A DNA stretch of 64,000 nucleotides from Octopus bimaculoides (taxonomy: Eukaryota): NCBI RefSeq assembly GCF_001194135.2, contig NC_068986.1, positions 114,752,430 to 114,816,429 on the forward strand. The letters are read 5' to 3'. Within the stretch, counting starts at the first letter, position 1; every line of letters starts with the position of its first letter. A program made the position numbers and the translations under genes. A model generated the notes under the pieces. It did no database searches. It worked only from the letters and a program-made list of their open reading frames with translations, and was not told where the DNA came from. Below are positions 29,712-40,678 of the stretch, piece after piece.

Positions 29712-30193
29712 ATACAGTTCTATATTTAAGAGATGAGGAATTATTTACATTATTTACATTTGACGGATATTTGTCCTCATTTTGTTGCTAACACGTTTCG
29801 GCTGATATACCCTCCAGGCTTCATCAGGTGTATTGCGGAAATTTCAAACCTTGGTTCTCATTCCTAAGGTTTTTTTCTTTCTTTCGATGTTGTTATTATT
29901 ATTATTCAGGTCACTGCCTGGAATCGAACTCGGAATCTTGGTGTTAATAGCCCACGGGCATATGGTGTAGTGATTAAGAGCGCGGGCTACTAACCCCCAG
30001 CAAGATTCTGAGTTCGATTCCAGGCAGTGACCTGGATAATAATAATAATAATAATAATAATATCGAAAAATACCTTCGGAATGAGAACCCAGGTTCGAAA
30101 TTTCCCCAAGTCACCTGATGAGGGCTGGAGAGTATATCAGCCGAAACGTTGTGTTAACAAACAAGATGAGGACAAATATCTGTCAAATGTAAA
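29712..30193. mobile_element. Head-to-head inverted dimer of a tRNA-headed SINE-like element with a Penelope-like tail
   Basis: Left arm about 29750-29950 is the reverse complement of right arm about 29982-30193. tRNA-like head with A box tggtgtagtga and B box gagttcgattcc. Flanking direct repeat tttggcttct at 29702-29711 and 30194-30203. Confidence 0.82.
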
Positions 30194-30401
30194 TTTGGCT
30201 TCTGTGTTTGGAATTTCTTCTCTAATTCTTTGACAGATTCAGCCATAAGAATGACATCATGAGTATACAGTTGTTCCTACACAGTCTTAAGCTCATCTGT
30301 TATGATCCAATAGTGGGCAGAGAACTGAGCTAAATTCTTTGTTGCACTTGCTCTCATCTTGTACATGACATCTCTGTAATAGCTTGCATATATATATATA
30401 A

Positions 30402-30735
30402 AGTGGTTGGCATTAGGAAGGGCATCCAGCTGTAGAAACCAAGCCAATAGATGTGGCCCCTGGCCATACCAGCTCCTGTCTAGCCGACCAACCCATACTA
30501 GCATGGAAAGCAGATGTTAAACGATAATGATGATGATGATATCTGTGTATCATCATCATCATGTAATATCCGTTTTCCATGCTAGTATGGGTTGGATGGC
30601 TAGACAGGAGCTGGCAAGGCCAGGGGGGCCACACCCAGTCCCCTCGTCTTGTTTTGGCTTGGTTTCTATAGCTGGATGCCTTTCCTAATGCCAAACACTT
30701 TACAGAGTGAACTGGGTACTTTTTATATAGCACCT
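30402..30735. mobile_element. Two RTE-tail retroposon fragments in tail-to-tail inverted orientation
   Basis: + copy about 30402-30540 ends in (gat)n; - copy about 30550-30735 starts with (atc)n. Shared core ggcattaggaagggcatccagctgtagaaacc / ggtttctatagctggatgcctttcctaatgcc. Confidence 0.75.
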
Positions 30736-31617
30736 TGGTTCTAGGATATCAATTCTGTCATGGTAGGCAGGCCTTCTTGAGGACAGCAATGTGCTGCATA
30801 TCACAGTCCTGTGTCATCTTCTTAAGGCTCAGCATTTTAAGATGAATCTTCAATACTTCATCCCATGTCTTCCTGGGTTTCTCTCTTCCACAACTTCCCT
30901 CTTCTTTATGCAACTGTCCTCATCCATCCACATTTCATGACCAAACCAGCACAGTCTTCTCTCTTGCACACAGCATACAATTCCCTTTATGCCTAACTCC
31001 TCTCTCAATACAGTAGTATTCTGTTGCACATCCAGCAGAGCATACCAGCTTCATTCCTCTCTAGTCTTCTCATATCCTCCTACCATGTAGCATTGCAGTT
31101 TATACATATATCCATTATACAATCTTCCTTTCACTTGGAGAGTGGGGCCTTTGGTTGCCAGAAAACTTGTCCAAGATGCTGGAAAATGAGATTGAACATC
31201 TTAACCACACAGCCAAGTTTGCATTCAGTTGATATATAAACACAGTAAAAGCCACTAATTCTGATCACTTTAGGACAGGACCTTTTAGATAACAATAACC
31301 ATGTGGTAACATTAAACAAAAGAAATATGAATATGCTTAGTGTGTTTGAGACTCATGAATTTTGATAACATTAATCTTGATTATAATAATATGCAGCCTC
31401 CACTAAAATACACATACACACCATTTTTTTATCTTTACGAAGATGGTATAGATTAGATGAGATTTCGTGATGCCAAACCATTTTGTCTTGCAGTTAAGGT
31501 ACTTTATCCTATGATTATTTGCACATTGAACTGCCAAATTGTGAGAGAGACCATCTTTATGCATGTGAAGATGTGTGGCAAAAAAATGCATTCATAGATA
31601 AACATATATGTATACAT

Positions 31618-31990
31618 ACAGGGTATCCCAAAAGTCACTGATGGGTTTCAATTTTTAATAACTTCCTTTACTTTACAAATAAATGCATGAAATTTTGATA
31701 CGATATAAAGGACATAATGGAAATTAATATGCACAAGTCAAATTTTGCAACACCACTACATCACATTAAAAATGACCATTTAAATGGCAGCCAGTTTCAG
31801 CTTCGCACACTTGTGCCCTTTCCAAAACTTGTACCATAACACCGTCAAGAGTTTCAGACCCCACTTCTCTGATTTCTCTATTGGTTTGCTGTCATTTGCT
31901 TGCAGTCCACTGTGAAATCATATCTGGACTTTTTGATATGGTGTGCAATTTCTGTAAATGAAAGACTTAATCATACAGCGTAATTTCTTT
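31618..31990. mobile_element. Possible Tc1/mariner-type remnant, one TIR only
   Basis: TA followed by cagggtatcccaaaagtcac resembles Tc1/maT TIRs. No second TIR or intact transposase seen. Confidence 0.35.
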
Positions 31991-33053
31991 GCAGTTCTCC
32001 ATGTAACCACGTCTGGGTTGTTTGTTGTTTGATTGACCGGGAGAGTATTATCTTGCTAAGAAAAAAGTTTGGATTGGTGCCAGGAAGGGTATGCAGGCAT
32101 AAAAACACTACCCCAACATACTCTTGGGTAATTCATGCAAGCATGAAAAAGTAGACTTTAAAACAATTATGATATCATGAACATAATTTAATGTACATGT
32201 TCAATGCTGGCATGGATTAGACTACAGAAGCACACACACACTTATATATGCTTCATTTCACTATTTATATTGGCATTATACATTTTTCTGATAATCAGGA
32301 GTTTGTCAGACACCATAATAAACATCATGTGGTATAACAACCGATTGATACAAAACTTAAAGAAATACTTGCATAAATACTCGCCTTATATTTAATTAAT
32401 TTGGCTGCAGTCATTCATTGAACTACATTCAATGTTTCTTGGATATTTTTTTTTTTGGGAAATCATATGCCTATTACTTAAACTCATTGACCTTTATAGG
32501 TCAAGAAAGTCACTTTTTCATGTAAAGGGACACAATTCAATACATTGTTTTATACATGAATGTTCACATACATATTTATAGATATATGAATACTTTGGGA
32601 TTTTCATATAATTTCCATTTCCTAAATTCTATTCATATATTGATGCTGAGAAATGTGTGGTCAAACAGCAACCCCATGCAGGAGCAGTAGACATTATGTA
32701 TTTGTGTGTGCGTATATGTGTTTATGTATGGTCACATGCATTTTCATCTATATGTTGTTTGTGAATATGTAGTACATGTCAGCATACAAACAAACACATG
32801 CATAGTTTTATGTATATTATACATACATACANNNNNNNNNNATATATATATATACATACAAACACATTTTTATATATATATTTACATATACACACATTTA
32901 CATATATATATATACAACAGGCTTCTTTCAGTTTCCATCTACCAAATCAGGCTATAGTAGAAGACACTTGCCCAAAGTGCCATGCAGTGGGACTGAACCC
33001 AGAACCATGTGGGAAACAAGCTACTTAGCAGACTGCCACTCCTGCACCTATAA

Positions 33054-33089
<36 letters not shown>

Positions 33090-33095
33090 TTATAT

Positions 33096-33677
33096 ATCAT
33101 CATCATCATTGTTTAACGCCTGCTTTCCATGCTGGCATGGGTTGGACGATTTGACTGAGGACTGACGAGCCAAGTGGCTGCACCAGGCTCCAATCTGATC
33201 TGGTAGAGTTTCTACAGCTGGATGCCCTTCCTAACGCCAACCACTCCAAGAGTGTAGTGGGTGGTTTTATGTGCCACCGGCGTGAGAGCCAGTCCAGCAG
33301 CACTGGCAACGGCCACATTCAAATGGTGTGTTTTACGTGCCACCTGGACAGGAGCCCATCCAGTGGCACTGGCAACGACCTCACTTGAATATAAGTGCCA
33401 CCAGCATGGAAGCCAGTCAGCTGCTCTGGCAACAATCATGCTCGGATGGTGCTCTTAGTACTCCACTAGCACGGATGCCAGTCATCGAATTTGATTTCGA
33501 TTTCGATTTCACTTGCCTCAACAGGTCTTCGCAAGCAGAGTTTAGTGTCCAATGAAGGAATGGTACGCGTAAGTGGGCTGGTTACACCCCTGGCATAGGC
33601 CACGGGTTATGGTCTCACTAGCTTGCCGAGTCTTCTCACGCACAGCATATTTCCAAAGGTCTCGGTTAGAAGTCATC
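33096..33677 (-). mobile_element. 3' end of an RTE-like LINE: ORF terminus, 3'UTR with internal tandem repeats and (GAT)n tail
   Basis: Minus strand reads MTSNRDLWKYAVREKTRQA next to the gap, then a UTR with repeated gtgcca...gccagt...ctggcaac units, ending gcgttaaacaatgatgatgatg. The same tail occurs at 27557-27836 and 41370-41640. Confidence 0.7.
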
Positions 33678-34187
33678 NNNNNNNNNNNNNNNNNNNNNNN
33701 NNNNNNNNNNNNNNNNNNNNNNNNNNNNNNNNNNNNNNNNNNNNNNNNNNNNNNNNNNNNNNNNNNNNNNNNNNNNNNNNNNNNNNNNNNNNNNNNNNNN
33801 NNNNNNNNNNNNNNNNNNNNNNNNNNNNNNNNNNNNNNNNNNNNNNNNNNNNNNNNNNNNNNNNNNNNNNNNNNNNNNNNNNNNNNNNNNNNNNNNNNNN
33901 NNNNNNNNNNNNNNNNNNNNNNNNNNNNNNNNNNNNNNNNNNTGTTTCAGTACAAACACAGATATACACACACACACATACATATATATGACAGACTTCT
34001 TTCAGTTTCCATCTACCAAATCCACTCACAAGGCTTTGGTTGGCCTAAGGCTATAGTAGAAGACACTTGTCCAAGGTGCCATGCAGTTGGACTGAACTCA
34101 TAACCATGTGGTCGGGAAGCAAGCTTCTTGCCACACAAACACACCTGTCCATATATATATATATATAGGGACATATATATTGAAGAA

Positions 34188-35460
34188 AATGACTTGCTGA
34201 CTGACACCCAACATGGTTTCCAAGAAGCTGCCTGACTCCTGGGTGTTGAAACCGTTGCTCAACCACTCAAATGGGGGATGTGATATATTTCAACTTTGCA
34301 AAGGCTTTCGATAAAGTCAATCATAGAATGATGTCACAAATTGCATGATCTCAGCATAGTCGGGAAATTGGGGGAATGGCTGAATGAGTTTCTGAAAGAT
34401 AGAAGTCAAGCAATAACAGCCAATGGGGCCGCTTCTAATGACACGCAAATAGTGAGTGGTGTTCTACAAGGCACTGTTATGGGACCACTACTGTTCATAA
34501 TGGCCCTCTCAGATATGCCCTCTGCCACAATCACAAGTTATGCAGATGATACAAAAGTCTCACAGGTGATACAGGTGGGCTAAGAAGAATAGCATGCAGT
34601 TTAACGCTAAAAAGTTTCAAGCCCTATGCTATCAGCATGCAAAACTAAATGCAATGCCAATTAAATACACTGGTCCTGGAGGGATTGCAATCCCAGAGAC
34701 ACTATCAGTGTGAGACCTGAACATTTACCTGAGTAATGATGCATCCTTTCATGTATGTTGCTATGTTGGCAATGAAATGCAGGTGGCTGACCAGATGGAT
34801 TCTTAGAACTTTTAAAACGAGAGATCAGGAAACCATGATGGTCCTCTGGAAGACATTTGTCCTTAGCTGCTTTGACCATTGCTCCCAGCTATGGCCACCA
34901 ATCAGTGTAAATTAATTGCAGAACTTGAGGTAATCCAACGAAGCTACACAAAGAAGATAGCCTCTATGCAGCATATAAGCTACAGGGAAAGACTCAAGAG
35001 ATTGAGACTCTATTCCCTGGAGCAAAGGCGGGAAAGATATGCTGTAATATACACCCGGAAGACCCTGGAGGGACTTGTCCCAAATTTTGGCATTGAGAGT
35101 TACACTGTCGCTAGAACAGGGTGCCACTGCGTAGTGCCAAGGACTCCAATTTTGCTATCAAAATATAGGACATAAGGCTGCAATACCCTCGGCTTTAAAG
35201 GCCCACAGCTCTACAATATACTCCCAAGGGACCTGAGAGACCTACATGGTGTGGATGTAGATGTCTTTGAAACAAAACTAGATCTCTTACTGTCAAGAAT
35301 CTCAGATGAACCAACTTCATAGCAGCAAGTGCAAATGAGGGCAACAGCATCAAACACTCTCCTGCACCAAATATCAAGTTCTAAAAAGAATTGATGTAAA
35401 AATTATGTCGCAACACCAAATAGCAGTGCCCCAGCATGACCACAGCTTGTGAGCTCAAAC
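34188..35460 (+). mobile_element. 5'-truncated, decayed CR1/L2-type (Jockey group) LINE: RT domain plus 3' end
   Basis: Translated pieces TQHGF, KAFDKV, GVLQGTVMGPLLF, YADDTK, YRERLKRLRLYSLEQRRER; frameshifts and stops throughout. Confidence 0.88.
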
Positions 35461-35816
35461 TAGTTCTAATCAATTCATATATATATATATGCATACATTT
35501 GATTATATATATNNNNNNNNNNNNNNNNNNNNNNNNNNNNNNNNNNNNNNNNNNNNNNNNNNNNNNNNNNNNNNNNNNNNNNNNNNNNNNNNNNNNNNNN
35601 NNNNNNNNNNNNNNNNNNNNNNNNNNNNNNNNNNNNNNNNNNNNNNNNNNNNNNNNNNNNNNNNNNNNNNNNNNNNNNNNNNNNNNNNNNNNNNNNNNNN
35701 NNNNNNNNNNNNNNNNNNNNNNNNNNNNNNNNNNNNNNNNNNNNNNNNNNNNNNNNNNNNNNNNNNNNNNNNNNNNNNNNNATATATATATATATACATA
35801 CATACATATTTATATA

Positions 35817-36024
35817 CAGTAATCCCTTGGCATATTGCAGTTCACCTATCGCGGTTTATTATTTAAGCTTACATCTATTCCTCCATGGTGTTGTTTTGCA
35901 TTTGTAATAAAATAAATATATACAAATTCTAAAAAAAATATGCAGTACTGCTTCTACTTGGTGGATCTTCACCTATTGCAGGGGTTTTTGGAACACAACA
36001 CCCATGATAGTCAAGGGATTACTG
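35817..36024. mobile_element. 208-bp Tc1/pogo(Tigger)-like MITE
   Basis: Perfect 13-bp TIRs cagtaatcccttg / caagggattactg, with TA on both sides. Confidence 0.8.
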
Positions 36025-36036
36025 TATGTGTGTATG

Positions 36037-36070
<34 letters not shown>

Positions 36071-36835
36071 TACATACATATGCATACATACATACACATA
36101 CATAAACTTTAAATAATTTTATTAACCACACCAAGGCACATAATTACAAACCAGTTTCCCTGGTGTGTAACATATATAGACAGTGACAAACTGCCACATT
36201 TTACTGAGGACCCAGCAGCTCTTCTATCAACACGTCCATCTCTTGATGTCTTATAATTTGCTGTTTAACACTTGTTCCATTCATTGCCATGAAAAATGAA
36301 AAACTCAGATATTAGTGGTTTGACTAGATTTGATTGAAGACCCAAATCTGAAGTTTTCAGTGAAGCCCCAATGAATTCCCATTTGGACATTTATTACCTT
36401 TATTCAATAATATGTTTGTTACTAATCAAATCTCTATTTACATTTTATACCACGATATTTTCATCTTTATCATGTTTCAATCAGTTTGATCTGTGGTTGT
36501 CATCAGGTATCATATTCTAGGGTATCAACATTTTATACCTCAGCATCCTTTTCCATTCATGATGTTTTACAAAATATGAAAATAAAAAAAAACAATATAT
36601 CATTTCAATCAAACAGAAGCTAATTTTACATAGTCGTTTCTTCTCCACATTTTCCAATATCATCCTATCCAGTGTTTTAGATATTTGCATGACCTAGAGC
36701 TTCTTACGTAAAATTTATATCAATTTTACTAAAATAGGTAAAGACTTATATAATGAAATTATACTGGACTTTGAAATATCATCAGTCTTGTAAGTTACTC
36801 ATTGATAACACAATGCCTTATTTATTGTACCTGCT

Positions 36836-37065
36836 TTAACTCTTCTGACACCAAACCGGCCTGAAACTGCCACTGGTTTTAATGCTGCAAACTTTCGCTT
36901 TTAAAATGTTCCGGATTAAAATTTACCATTAAATTTAAGTTTAATTTATGTTTCAAACAGCAGCTTAATAATGGGAAAGTTGTCTTATTAAATTCTTCAT
37001 TATTTTCAAAACTGATTGGTAGAAGGCAGGGTATTTCACCAGAAATATGGTAATTAAAAGGTTTA
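36836..37065. mobile_element. Degenerate TTAA-bounded MITE-like repeat
   Basis: ttaactcttctga...aaaaggttta ends. The internal ttattttcaaaa...aattg...gaaatatggta block recurs at about 7625-7760, 7990-8150 and 26575-26700. Confidence 0.5.
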
Positions 37066-37749
37066 TTATTTTATTTCTAATCAAAGTTTCAACTCCTCAA
37101 AACTCCTAGTGCTTTTACCCAATAGTGGTCCAATGGGGGCTCACAACACTCTCAGTGAGTGCTACTGCCCAGATTAAGAACTCCTTTTCTATATGTACTT
37201 AGTATTAAACTAGATTAGAACTAGGAACCCTTATTTCTAAATCATAGTTATGATAAGATGATATTTTAGTAGACTAATTAAATTCATCTTGTAAGAGGTG
37301 ATGTTTTTTCTCAGTATTTACTTAGATTTTGTGTTTCAATGAGTTTCATTTTAGGTCTTTGTCAGATATCTTATTCCTGGATATGTACATAGAATTCTGG
37401 ATTGGATTTCAAACTAGGAACATTTCTTTTTAATCTAAGTCAGTTAATATTCTTATTCCCTAGGCCACTGGCATGTTTTGTTACTATATATTACCTCTTC
37501 TAAAGCTGTGAATTGGTAAGGTTTCTAGGGAATCATAATGCTTTGCAGTATTTGTGCCAACTCTCTATGCTGGAATCCTATTGAGGTCAACTTTACCTTT
37601 CATTTTTCTGGGGTCGATATAATCAACTAACTTCACCCACCAAAACAACATTACCTCTTCGTCTCAAACCTTAAAAAATGTGACATCACTGGTCATCTGT
37701 CTTGTTCTAATGTTTTTTTTTTTTTTTTTTTTCTTCTCTCTTTCTGCAG

Positions 37750-37937
37750 TGTTAAACAGCTTTGCCCCTCCGGCAAGTTTTCCATCTGCCACCTCCCCAG
37801 CTAATGGACGTGCATTTCCAGCAGCCAACAGTCCCGGCCCTATCGAACTTTACAATTCCGGCCAAGAGAGTCTCGGCTATGTCCAAGCCACAAGCCCACA
37901 ACCCTCAGGCTTTGGACCAAGCATAACAGCAAATAGA
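37750..37937 (+). CDS. msi: Musashi-family gene, C-terminal coding exon: (V)LNSFAPPASFPSATSPANGRAFPAANSPGPIELYNSGQESLGYVQATSPQPSGFGPSITANR
   Basis: Strong acceptor (T)n-cttctctctttctgcAG (37748-49) and donor AGA|GTGAGT (37938). 188 nt, phase 1 to phase 0, open. Collinear with the MSI2 C-terminus as I recall it (VLNSYSAQPNFGAPASPA...[44 protein letters not shown]). Confidence 0.93.
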
Positions 37938-38239
37938 GTGAGTTAGCTGTCCTGTCTAATTTTCTGTTTTCTGTATCTTTGTAGTCATGTATATGTAAGT
38001 ACCAATGCTCTTAGACACTCACCTGCATGCTAGTTTAGTTGTATACCATAATTATCATCATCATCATTTTAGTGTCTACTTTGTCCTGTTTGCATCAGTC
38101 AGATTAGAGTATGTTGGGGCAGAGTTTTTTTTATGGCCAGATGCCCTTCCTGTTGCCAACCATTACCTATTTTATCCCAGTCTACCAAACAACAAACAGC
38201 CAAAACATACTTAAGTGGACAACTGAACGCAAACGACAT

Positions 38240-38620
38240 CAAAAGGTATGGTTAAGACACTCACTTTTCAACCACATGGTTTCAGGTTCAGTTCTGATGT
38301 GCAGCACCTTAGGCAAGTGCGTTATACTACAGCCCTGGACTGACCAAAGCCTTGTGAGTGAATACGTAGAAGCCCTTCATATGAATATGTGTGTGTGTGA
38401 GTTTGTGTTATGTTTGTCAATCCCACCTCTACTTGACAACTGGTGTTGGTTTGTTTACATCCTCACAGCTTGTGGTTCAGCAAAAGAGACATATAGAATA
38501 AGTACCAAACTTGGAAAATATGTTCTAGGTGCAATTTGATCTGCTAAACCTTTCGAGTCATTGCCCCAGCATGGCTGCAATCCAGTCACTGAAACAAAAG
38601 ATAACTCATCAAGAAGCTCG
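38240..38620 (+). mobile_element. Diverged SINE family A copy in the intron between the last two coding exons
   Basis: accacatggtttcaggttcag...gcaccttaggcaagtg...ccaaagccttgtgagtg...cagcatggctgcaatccagtcactgaaac. Confidence 0.75.
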
Positions 38621-39001
38621 GGCATGTTTTTGTTGTAGATTGCATCCTCTACCATTGCTATTCTTAATTATTAGAACCACTTTGTTGTGTGTTCAAATAT
38701 AAAACTGTAAACCTGCATGCATGTAGCTACATATATATATGTAGAGAATAACCACTTACAAATTCAGTTGTGTGTGTCTGTGTGTGTGTATAAATACAAT
38801 ATTACCACATAAAAAAAATTGCTCAATATCAATATATATAAAGCTTATGATAAACAAATTTACAAAATTCAAATCCTTTGACATTAGCAGTTTCATGTCA
38901 ATCAACAGTCATTAACAATCCATTTGACTGAACTCCCGGTGTGCCTTGACAACTATTTACAACAACAACTAATTGCTGGTGTTTTCTCTGCTCCAATCAA
39001 G

Positions 39002-39043
39002 GGTCCACTGATCACAGCAAGTTACCACAATGGATACCACTGA
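39002..39043 (+). CDS. msi: Musashi-family gene, last coding segment: GPLITASYHNGYH*
   Basis: Acceptor tgttttctctgctccaatcaAG (39000-01); phase 0 matches the upstream donor; TGA at 39041-43. Matches the diagnostic Musashi terminus GPLIATAFTNGYH*. Confidence 0.93.
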   Translation, partial: GPLITASYHNGYH

Positions 39044-39090
39044 TTCCCTCTAATGGCCAGCTTTTGAGAAGTAACAGACACAGTCTGAAG
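39044..39090 (+). other. msi: 3'UTR part of the stop-codon exon (47 nt) ending at a splice donor
   Basis: CTGAAG|GTAAAC donor consensus at 39091. Confidence 0.7.
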
Positions 39091-39191
39091 GTAAACGCAT
39101 TCTTTTACACTATTTGCATTCAAAAAATTTGTTATTGTTGTATTTGTGAGGTGATATATGAAAGATTAAGCTTTTGTTGGTTTGTCTTATA

Positions 39192-40471
39192 TATTGAATC
39201 ACCCCATAAATATTGTGGTTTTTTTCAATTGCATGAAATAAAAGTTGAAAGGGGCAGGATAAACTACCTGCATCAACTTGCTATAAAAACAGGTAGTAAT
39301 TTTACCTTGTACTTATTCTTAGTGCAAGTTTTGAAGAGTGCAGTTCAATTTTAACAGTTATTTTTTTGAAGCTATAATGGAAGTGACAAAGGAGCATATT
39401 TGGCATATTTTGCTTTATGAGTTCAATAAAGGCAACAACACAATGGAAATTGTGAGGAATATTAATGCAGTATATGGTGATCAGACAGTAAGCATAAGCT
39501 AGTGTCAACAGCTGTTGCAGAAATTCCAAGCAGGAAACTACAGTCTAGAAGATGAGCCTTGTCCTGTAAGATCTGTAGAGCTTGACGTGAACATCCTGCA
39601 AACCCTTGTGGAACAAAATACAATCATAACTGTTGAGGAACTAGCAGAGAAGCTTGGGTTTGGTCATTTAACCATTCATCGACACCTACGTGCCATCAGA
39701 AAAGTCAGCAAATTGGGTCAATGGGTTCCTCACAAACTTTCTGAGTCTAATCGCATGCAGAGAGTGAAATGTGCTCTCTTCTTTGCTGTCATGTCTCACA
39801 AAACCATTTTTGACTGAATTGTGACTGGTGACGAAAAATGGGTTCTCTATAAAAATTTCAAGCGCCGAAGACAGTAGGTAAGGAAAGGAGAAACACTGGC
39901 ACCCCAGGCTAAAGAATGGTATTCACCAACATAAGGTGTTGTTATCTGTTTGGTGGGATACGAAAGGCTTAGTCCACTTTGAATTTTTAAACACAAACCA
40001 AACAATAACAAAGGAGATCTACTGTGAGTAGCTTGAACGGCTTAAGTCAGCGCTAGAAGGAAAACGACCATTTTTGGTTTCAAGACAAAAGGTGTTCTTC
40101 CTTCAGGATAATGCTCAGCCACATTGACATTCCAAAGGCTGGAGCAGTTTGAATGGGAAACAATGCCCCACCCATCATTCTTCGCCGGACATTTCCCCAT
40201 CTGATTATCATTTATTCTGCAGTCTTCAAAATCATTTGGATGGAAAAAACATGAATTCTGTAGATGAGATCAGAACAGTACTGGAGGAGTATTTTTCATC
40301 ATGGACAAGGGAATTCTGGAAGAGGGGCCTTGCAAGTCTACCAGAGAGATGGAAGAGCATTGTAGATAATGAAGGAGAGTATATTTTAGATTAAAAAAGA
40401 ACTTCAATTATCTTAATTTTGAAAAAGAAAAGAAGTATAAAAAACTGCATTATTTATGGGATGACCCAATA
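39192..40471 (+). mobile_element. Full-length degenerate mariner (DD34D) transposon, about 1.28 kb
   Basis: Imperfect TIRs tattgaatcaccccataaatattgtggtttt (39192) and aaaactgcattatttatgggatgacccaata (to 40471). Broken ORF 39377-40394 with MEVTKEHIWHILLYEFNKG, WVPHKL, IVTGDEKW, QDNA and SSPDISPSDY motifs; several stops and frameshifts. Confidence 0.92.
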
Positions 40472-40678
40472 ATGATACATAAATAGATGTTGTATCTAAC
40501 GGACATCTCAACAACACACTCTTGATGTAACTTGTACAATACTAAAAGTGGTTTGTATATCCTCTGTTTAGAAAACAAATTGTCATATTTGATATAACAT
40601 GTATTCATATGTACACACACAAAGACACTCAGACACACATATATATATGTATGTATTGCCATGTATATATACACATTT

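Noticed and set aside
29957-30033. tRNA gene
   Set aside because: A and B boxes are present, but there is no proper acceptor-stem cloverleaf; it is a SINE head. The same applies to 14804 and 40679.
37981-38040. Musashi-type (G/A)U1-3AGU and TGCATG motifs just downstream of the 37937 donor
   Set aside because: These short motifs are frequent by chance in this AT-rich, TG-repeat-rich DNA; enrichment cannot be shown here.
39041-39050. Stop-codon readthrough at TGA
   Set aside because: The context TGA-TTC does not match the TGA-CTA(G) readthrough motif.
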